From NCBI GenBank assembly GCA_965228735.1, contig OZ245838.1, positions 2,368,001 through 2,432,000 of the forward strand: a stretch of 64,000 bases of DNA, in the 5' to 3' direction. Below, one piece after another: positions 57,459 to 64,000 of the stretch; position 1 is the stretch's first letter, and every line of letters begins with the position of its first letter. A program made the translations under genes and the position numbers. Origin of the DNA: Planctomycetota bacterium (lineage in GTDB: Bacteria > Planctomycetota > UBA1135 > UBA2386). The notes under the pieces are model-generated. The model was not told the origin of the DNA, made no database searches, and saw only the letters and a list, made by a program, of their open reading frames with translations.

Positions 57459-59054
57459 CTAGGCGCCGACCGAGCGCAGCGCGTAGCGGGCTTCTTCGCC
57501 CGCCCGACCTTTGTTGCGCGTCGCGAGGTGCTTGAGCATCGCGGTGCCGAACCGTCGCTCCTCACCAACGCCCTGCGCGAAGTGTCGCGCGATGAACAGC
57601 AGCGCCTCGGGCGTGACGGACGACTCGCGCCGCAGCCGCTCCAGCAGCGGGAAACCGTTGCGCACCAGGGTGGTGAAGAACCCCATCGTCGCGTTGCCGG
57701 GTGACTGATCCTCGGCCTCGTGGTTCTGCGCATCCACGAGCAGGCGAGCGAGCGCCAACTGGTAACGCGCCTCGTCCGTGCCGTGCGGCGACGCCATGAC
57801 CTTCGCGAGGATGTGCAGCGCCTCGGCGAACCGGCGCGCCCGACGCAGGCGCACGGCCTTCTCGACGAACGTCGGCACGATCTTCGCCCCACCGACCGTG
57901 AGGACGACCTCGAACAGCAGTTCGCCCGCCGTCGTGTCCTTCGACATCAGGCGCACGGCCTTCTCGGCAAACGTCTTCTGCGCCTTCGGGCCGATCGCGG
58001 AATCCAGCCGGATCAGGATGTCGGCGGCGACGCGCTGCAGGCGCTCGGTCTTGCCCGACTGCACCACGCGCGCGAGCGGCTCGATCGCCTGCTTGTTGTT
58101 CGCCAGCGCCTCGGCGGCAGCTTCGCGGAACCTGTCGTCGTCGTGATCGAGGAGCTTGATGGTCGCCTTTGCCATCTCCGCCCCACCCGTCGTGCGCAGC
58201 ATGCGGAGCGCGAACAAGCGCTGCTCCTGATTCCGCGACGAGAGCAGGCGCTTGCAGACGGGGAGCAGCCCCTTGGGCATCTCCGGCAGCTCGGCGAGGA
58301 CTTCGCGCACGGGCTCGTGCAGCTCGCGCTCGGCGCCGTCCTCGAGGAGGCCGATCAACGCCTTGACCTGCGCTGCCGGCACCTTGCTGCCACGCAGGGC
58401 CCGGAACGCCGCGGCTCGAACGATCTTGGAGTGCGCCGCGGCGGTGAACTTCAGGAAGGTCTGTCGCGAATGCTGGCGATCGACCTCGGCGAGCACGCCG
58501 ATGATCTGGGCCAGGCACGCGTCCGGAATCGGATCGCCGAGATGCTTGGCCAACCCTTCGCGCAGCTGCTTGCGTCGGGCCGTGTCCTCGAACTGATCCG
58601 CGGCGCCGGTCAGCAACTCCGCGGCGGTCTCGACCAGCTCGGGCGCCAACAGGGCCTGCACGAACACGCCGATGGCCTCCTTGCCGATCGAGTGGACGAG
58701 GATCGTGAGGATGCGAGTGCGCTGTTCGACCGGCGCGACGGCATAGGCTTTCGCCAACACGGGATGCGTCGACGTCCCGGCCTCGGACAGCAGGTGCGCC
58801 GCGTGATCCGCGAGCGCCTCGTGCTCGAGCATGCTGCGCACGATGGACTCCCACGCCTCCCGGTTGCCGATCCGCGCGAGCGCTTCGAGGGCAAAGCGCC
58901 CGAGCACCGGCGATCGCGACACCGCGCCACCGAGCGCGCGAACCGCCGTGGCATGCTTGACTTGCAGCTCGCCCAGGATCTGGGCGGCGGCCACCTGCAG
59001 CTCCGGCCGCCCGGTGTCGAGCAGTCCGACGATGGCTTTTTGCGTGTCGTTCAT
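57459..59054 (-). CDS. HEAT-repeat protein
   Basis: ELQVAAAQILGEL, ALEALARIG, LLDHDDDRFREAAAEAL. Start at ATG 59054. Confidence 0.75.
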   Translation of the reverse strand: MNDTQKAIVGLLDTGRPELQVAAAQILGELQVKHATAVRALGGAVSRSPVLGRFALEALARIGNREAWESIVRSMLEHEALADHAAHLLSEAGTSTHPVLAKAYAVAPVEQRTRILTILVHSIGKEAIGVFVQALLAPELVETAAELLTGAADQFEDTARRKQLREGLAKHLGDPIPDACLAQIIGVLAEVDRQHSRQTFLKFTAAAHSKIVRAAAFRALRGSKVPAAQVKALIGLLEDGAERELHEPVREVLAELPEMPKGLLPVCKRLLSSRNQEQRLFALRMLRTTGGAEMAKATIKLLDHDDDRFREAAAEALANNKQAIEPLARVVQSGKTERLQRVAADILIRLDSAIGPKAQKTFAEKAVRLMSKDTTAGELLFEVVLTVGGAKIVPTFVEKAVRLRRARRFAEALHILAKVMASPHGTDEARYQLALARLLVDAQNHEAEDQSPGNATMGFFTTLVRNGFPLLERLRRESSVTPEALLFIARHFAQGVGEERRFGTAMLKHLATRNKGRAGEEARYALRSVGA

Positions 59055-59294
59055 AACCAGAGGACGAGAGAACCTTCCCGACGCGCTCCTGCGGCCGAAT
59101 ACGGCGATGCGCACGGCGGGCGCCCGACCCCAGGATCAACCCAGGCCGGGCGGCCGGATTATGGCAAAAGAAGACGCACGCCGCTACCGGGTAGTGAGTT
59201 GCTGCTGTGGAGATTTCTCCAGGCTGGGGCCCAACCACATTGGACACCACAAGTTGCTGTGGCGTAAACTCCTAACGCGCCGGTCCGGCGACGC

Positions 59295-60494
59295 ATGCGG
59301 ATCCTGCTCGTAACCCCCTTCCCACCGCGCCCAGACGCCGATCATGGTGGCGGGGTCGCGCTCGGCAGCCTCGCGCTCGGCCTCGCACGCTACGCCGAAT
59401 TGGGGCTCGTGACATTCGCTCTACCGGAACATGAGGGCCGCGGCGACGCAGAATCGGTACCTTGGCGATCGATCCACACCGCGCCGCCCCCACCCCGACC
59501 GCGGACGCCGTTCGCCCGTGCCAACCACAAGATCCGGATGCTGTGGCGCTGGCGCTCGGACCCACTCGTTGCCGCCAAACTAGCCAAGACGGAGTTGCCT
59601 GCGGCGATCGCGCGCGCCCGCCGCGAGTTCGCCCCCGACGTGGCGTTCGTCGAGATGGCGCAACTCGCTCAGTTCCTGCCCGCGCTCGCCGGCGTCCCGA
59701 CCATCCTGACCGACCACGAGGCGGGTTGCCCGGCCAACACCCGCACCGGCCTCGGGCAGCGCGGCGATGCGCGTGACCGCCGCCTGTGGTGGCGCTATGT
59801 CGACCGCTGGTATCCACTCGCCGACCAGTTGCAGGCGCTGACCACCGAAGACGCCGCCGTGCTCTCGCAACGGCTCGGGCGCCCGGTCGCGGTGAGGCCG
59901 CCAACCTATCGATCCCCGGCCAACCCGAAGACACCGGCGGCGGCGCCGCCGCGCGCCCTGTTCCTCGGCGACTACAGCCACGGCCCGAATCCCGAAGCCG
60001 CCCGCCGGCTCGCCACGGAGGTCCTCCCCCTGATCCGGGCAGCCGTCCCCGATGCCGAACTATGGCTGGCGGGTCGGCACGCAGAACGGATCGCCGATCT
60101 CGCGAACGTGCCGGGGGTGCACGTCGCCGGGTTCGTCGACGAACTCGACGCGCTGCTGGCGAGCGTGAGAGTCGTTCTGGCGCCCGCCTACTCGGGCGGC
60201 GGCATCCGTACCAAGTGCTTCACCGGGCTCGCGCACGGGCTGCCGGTCGTCACCAACGCTCTGGGCGCGCGCGGCCTGCCGGTGCCCGAACCCGCCATGT
60301 TCCTCGGCGAGAGCCCCCAGGAACTATCGTCGCACACGGTCCGGCTGCTGACATCCGACGATCTCGTGACGACGGGCAGCGAAGTGGGCTTCGCCTGGGC
60401 CCGCGAGAACGCCAGCGCCGAATCCGTCGGGCGACAGCAAGCCGAGTTCGCACAACAGGTCGCGACGCGCGCCGCCGCCGCCACCGCGGACTGA
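59295..60494 (+). CDS. Glycosyltransferase family 4
   Basis: MRILLVTPFPP, FLGDYSHGPN, GFVDEL, GGGIRTK...AHGLPVVT. Confidence 0.88.
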   Translation: MRILLVTPFPPRPDADHGGGVALGSLALGLARYAELGLVTFALPEHEGRGDAESVPWRSIHTAPPPPRPRTPFARANHKIRMLWRWRSDPLVAAKLAKTELPAAIARARREFAPDVAFVEMAQLAQFLPALAGVPTILTDHEAGCPANTRTGLGQRGDARDRRLWWRYVDRWYPLADQLQALTTEDAAVLSQRLGRPVAVRPPTYRSPANPKTPAAAPPRALFLGDYSHGPNPEAARRLATEVLPLIRAAVPDAELWLAGRHAERIADLANVPGVHVAGFVDELDALLASVRVVLAPAYSGGGIRTKCFTGLAHGLPVVTNALGARGLPVPEPAMFLGESPQELSSHTVRLLTSDDLVTTGSEVGFAWARENASAESVGRQQAEFAQQVATRAAAATAD

Positions 60495-60585
60495 TGGCTT
60501 GGGTGTGGATCCGGCTGCGGGCTCGCGCCCGGACCCGGGTGCTGGCTTGGGTGTGGATTCCGGGCTGATGGCTCGAGTGTGGATC
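60490..60585 (+). repeat. Repeat family A, three direct copies
   Basis: ACTGATGGCTTGGGTGTGGATC at 60490, GGTGCTGGCTTGGGTGTGGATT at about 60538, GCTGATGGCTCGAGTGTGGATC at 60564. Confidence 0.88.
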
Positions 60586-60632
60586 ACGCCGAGGCCGGCT
60601 GGCCTCCGGTCGCCGGGCGCGACTCGGCCAGA

Positions 60633-62213
60633 TCAGCTCTTTGCCGCGGCGGCCGGACGGTTCGGGTCGGCGTTCGTGCCGGTCGACCGCGGGGCCGCCT
60701 TCGGCTTCCGCTTGAGGCGGAGCTTGCGCATCGTCTCCTGGAGGAACGACTCCATCTTGGAGGTCTCGCGCCCGCGGAGGAAGTTCCAGCCGATGCGGAA
60801 CCACCGGGTCGGGCGCAGGAGCAGGCTGCGCACGTAGAATGCGCGCACGACGCGATACTTCCAGCGCGTCAGCTCCTTGGCGGTGAAGTTCTCGTTGTAC
60901 TTCCGGTCCTCGCTGAGGAACGTGTTGTGCACGTAGATCGGCAGCTTGAGGAACGCGTCGTCGTAGACGACCTTGCCTTCCTTCTCGAGCTGGCGGGTGA
61001 TCTCGGTGTTGGGCAGCGGGAAGAAGAAACCCGCGGAGACGTCGTCGATGCCGGCCTTGCCGAGGCGGGCGGCGAGCTCGACCGAGGCGCGCATGTCCTC
61101 CTCTTCATCCGTCGGGTAGGCGAGGACGAAGAACGCGCCGACGTTGAGCCCCGCCTTGACCGACGCGCGCACGGCACGGAAGAGCTTCTCGTCGGTCAGC
61201 ATCTTCTTCATGTGCTTGCGGGTGCGCTCGCTGCCCGACTCGGGCGCGAAGTTGAGCGAGCGGCAACCGCTGCGGACGAGCAGGCGCGCGACCTCCTCGT
61301 CGATCACTTCGCTGCGCGTGCCGGCCGGTAGCTGCCAGTTGATCTTCAGGCCGCGGTTCTCGACCTCCCTGCAGAACTCGACGACCCAGTCACGCTTGAG
61401 GATCGCCGTGAGATCCTGGAACGGGAAGTTGGTCGCGCCGTACTTGTCGTGGTAGTGCTGGATCTCGTCGAGCACATCCTTCGGCGTGCGCGCATACCAC
61501 CGCGTCGTCCACATGTTGGGCGAACTGCAGTAGGTGCACTGGTAGGGACAGCCGCGCGTCGCGAGGATCGGCACCGTCTTGCCGTAGTAGATGCCGCTGA
61601 CGAGACGGTTGCTCGAGTAGGCCTCGACGTCGAAGAACTCCCACGCCGGCCACGGGATCTCGTCGACGGTCTTGATGCGGTCGCGACGTGGGTTCTGCTG
61701 CAGCGTGCCGTCTTCGGCGCGATACATGATCCCGGGTATGACGGTGTGATCGAGGCCGAGCTCGAGCGCGCGGAACAACGCGACGGCGGTCTCCTCGCCT
61801 TCGCCGAGCACGAGGTAGTCGATCGGCGCCTGCTCCATCGAGAGCTCGGGCACGGCAGTGAAGTGTTCGCCACCGCAGACGATCGTGATGTCCGGCAACG
61901 CCCGGCGAATCGCCTGAATCAGCTCGCGAACGATCGGCCAGCTGTAGCTCCACATGCTGGTGATGCCGATGGCCTCGGTCTCGGCCGGGATGCGCTCGAT
62001 GATCTCTTCGGGCGTCAGCCCGAGGCGCCAGATGTCGCCGTCGGGGATCATCTTCTCCGGCGCCTCGCCGAGGGCATCGATGACGTGGATGTCGTGACCG
62101 TCGTCGCGCAGCACGGCCGCCACGTAGGCGAGGCCGAGCGGCAGACTCGGACGGAGCGCGGTCAGGCCATTCTTGTTGATGTAGACCGGCGGGTGAATCA
62201 GCGTGACGTTCAT
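60633..62213 (-). CDS. Cobalamin-binding radical SAM protein
   Basis: PLGLAYVAA, GGEHFT, GEGEET (B12-binding domain); TRGCPYQCTYC; PESGSER. Confidence 0.92.
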   Translation of the reverse strand: MNVTLIHPPVYINKNGLTALRPSLPLGLAYVAAVLRDDGHDIHVIDALGEAPEKMIPDGDIWRLGLTPEEIIERIPAETEAIGITSMWSYSWPIVRELIQAIRRALPDITIVCGGEHFTAVPELSMEQAPIDYLVLGEGEETAVALFRALELGLDHTVIPGIMYRAEDGTLQQNPRRDRIKTVDEIPWPAWEFFDVEAYSSNRLVSGIYYGKTVPILATRGCPYQCTYCSSPNMWTTRWYARTPKDVLDEIQHYHDKYGATNFPFQDLTAILKRDWVVEFCREVENRGLKINWQLPAGTRSEVIDEEVARLLVRSGCRSLNFAPESGSERTRKHMKKMLTDEKLFRAVRASVKAGLNVGAFFVLAYPTDEEEDMRASVELAARLGKAGIDDVSAGFFFPLPNTEITRQLEKEGKVVYDDAFLKLPIYVHNTFLSEDRKYNENFTAKELTRWKYRVVRAFYVRSLLLRPTRWFRIGWNFLRGRETSKMESFLQETMRKLRLKRKPKAAPRSTGTNADPNRPAAAAKS

Positions 62214-62422
62214 GCGGCGAGGCGGGCTCCAGGTGCCCGGAGGACTATACCATCGGCAACTAGCCCCAAGACGGGGCGATTTCATTACCCACAACCTTCA
62301 CGGCCCGGACCGACAGGTTCTAAACTCGCGTGACTACGGAAGGTTGAAGGCGTCATCCCGGTCCGAGACCGAACCGGAAGCGGGAACCCCAGCCCGATCC
62401 CGACGTTCTCGCCATCAGCATC

Positions 62423-63463
62423 ATGCATCGAATCCCTCGCCATCTCCTCGCCGGCATCGCCGCGGTCACGACCCTGATCGTTTGCGCCTCGGCGCAACGC
62501 GGCCCCCAGCCCGGGCCGTGGTCCCGCAGCAAGATCCCGGACGGCTGGGTCGTCCACAAGACGAAGAACTACGAGATCCAGTCCCAGTGCGGCGAAGAGA
62601 AGGCCGAACGCCTCGGCGATCACATGGAGGCGTTGAACATGGTCTATCGCAAGCTGTTCCGGCCCTTCAAGGGCGGAACGAAGCAGCAGGTGATCAAGCT
62701 GTTCAAGAACGAGAAGGCCTACCGCGCCTACGGCGGGCCGGCCGGCTCGGGGGCGTATTACTACCGCGCCGAACGCGAGATGGTCTGCTTCGACAGCGGT
62801 ATCTGGATGGACGAGGAGAACACCTCGCCGACGACCGGACCGAAATCGGAAGTGCAGAAGCGCCTCGAAGCGCGCCGCAAGATCTTCGAGCTCGACACCC
62901 TCGGCTGCGCCGCGCACGAAGGCTGGCACCAGTACTTCTCCTGGCTCGTCGTGAGCATGGTCGAGTTGCCCTCGTGGCTCAACGAGGGCATGGGCGACTA
63001 CTTCTACGCCGCCCGACCACACGCGAAGCCGACGCGCCGCAACCCGGCGAAACTCGGCCTCGTGAACAAGATGCGCCTCGGGGTCATCCGCGCCGCGATT
63101 CGTCAGAACCGCTGGGTGCCGATTCCCGACCTGCTGTCCTACTCGCAGGCGCAGTACTACTCCAACCCGAGCGTGTGCTACGCCGAGGGCTGGCTGCTGT
63201 GCAACTTCCTGCTGCACTCCGGCAACAAGAAGTACGAAGAGGTCATCCCCACGTTCATCAAGCTCGTCAAGAACGACACCAACATGGACGACGTGACGGC
63301 GAAGGCGTTCGACGGCATCGATCTCGAGAAGCTGGACGCCGAAGTCCTCGAGTACGCCGCGACGCTGCGCCTGCCGGGCGACGAGCCCGAAGAGGAGAAG
63401 GACGGCGACGGCAAGAAGGACGGCAAGAAGGGCAGCAAGAAGGCGCAGGGCGACGGCAAGTAG
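62423..63463 (+). CDS. DUF1570-like secreted protein (HExxH, gluzincin-like)
   Basis: Signal peptide; HEGWHQY, PSWLNEGMGDYF, YAEGWLLCNFL. Confidence 0.8.
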   Translation: MHRIPRHLLAGIAAVTTLIVCASAQRGPQPGPWSRSKIPDGWVVHKTKNYEIQSQCGEEKAERLGDHMEALNMVYRKLFRPFKGGTKQQVIKLFKNEKAYRAYGGPAGSGAYYYRAEREMVCFDSGIWMDEENTSPTTGPKSEVQKRLEARRKIFELDTLGCAAHEGWHQYFSWLVVSMVELPSWLNEGMGDYFYAARPHAKPTRRNPAKLGLVNKMRLGVIRAAIRQNRWVPIPDLLSYSQAQYYSNPSVCYAEGWLLCNFLLHSGNKKYEEVIPTFIKLVKNDTNMDDVTAKAFDGIDLEKLDAEVLEYAATLRLPGDEPEEEKDGDGKKDGKKGSKKAQGDGK

Positions 63464-63481
63464 ACCCGCCGGCCGCGCCGT

Positions 63482-64000
63482 CTACTTCGGCGTCACGCGC
63501 CAGACACCGCCCGCCGTGCCGACGATATCGAACGCGGCGCGCAGCTTCTCGAGGATCACCGGGCCGACGAGTTCGTCGTTGGTCGGCACGTCGAGCGTGG
63601 CCTTCTCGGCGAGCATCGCGCCGCGTGGATCCTCGAGGTTCTGCATCGCGGACGGTGTCGCGAGCACCGCGAGGCCGTCGGCGTGCTGCTGCTTGAGGAA
63701 ATACTCGATGACGGCGATCTCGCGCGGCGCAACCTTGTCGCGACGGCGCGCCGCGAGCGTGCGAAGCCAGATGAAATCGTCGCTGTCGAGCGTCGCGTAG
63801 GCGCTGCCGAGCTCGCGGTGGCTGCCGATCAGCACGTACGGCTGCTGCTCACCTGCCGCCTGCGCGACGCCCGCCGCGAAGGCCTTGTCCTCCTCGCGCT
63901 GTTCGTGCAGGTGGGCGAGCGGCCCGCGATACCAGCCGACGAACGAGAACACGAGCATCAGGTACACGTACGGCTTCGTCCCGAGTCGCCGCGCGATGAG
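63482..64000 (-). CDS. C-terminal part of a membrane protein (possibly an ArnT-like glycosyltransferase); runs off the window end
   Basis: Open frame to the window end containing a TM segment (YVYLMLVFSFVGW) followed by a soluble tail. Family assignment is a guess. Confidence 0.55.
   Translation of the reverse strand, partial: LIARRLGTKPYVYLMLVFSFVGWYRGPLAHLHEQREEDKAFAAGVAQAAGEQQPYVLIGSHRELGSAYATLDSDDFIWLRTLAARRRDKVAPREIAVIEYFLKQQHADGLAVLATPSAMQNLEDPRGAMLAEKATLDVPTNDELVGPVILEKLRAAFDIVGTAGGVWRVTPK

Noticed and set aside
56538..64000. psd, GT4, B12 radical SAM, DUF1570 and the membrane protein as one lipid-modification cluster
   Set aside because: The genes alternate in strand and are separated by repeats, so there is no operon evidence

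Overview
This is a high-GC (roughly 70% by eye) bacterial window, probably Planctomycetota. That assignment is an inference from the DUF1570, DUF1080, secreted HEAT-repeat and giant Gly-rich lipoprotein gene content. It holds about 48 CDS and tRNA-Thr(CGT). The main loci are an argR-C-B-D-F-G-H-A operon with tandem ARG boxes over its promoter, argJ separated from that operon by a 3.5-kb Ig-like/poly-Gly lipoprotein gene, a Tat-exported PaoABC-like molybdo-flavoenzyme operon with an extra small Cys-rich gene, an Lhr-like helicase, cls, psd, peptidases and two response regulators. The most notable unexplained structure is a non-palindromic ~22-bp repeat (consensus GCTGATGGSTYGRGTGTGGATY) present in about 19 copies at 8 intergenic loci. 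It occurs as short tandem arrays, as a 69-bp inverted doublet, and as inward-facing copies bracketing a single-ORF IS1-like transposase whose third catalytic position is N rather than E. This is a candidate REP/MITE-like system driven by a DDE-fold enzyme rather than an HUH/RAYT enzyme. A second, unrelated GTAC-footed REPIN-like hairpin family occurs twice. All calls come from motif recognition by eye and no database searches were run.
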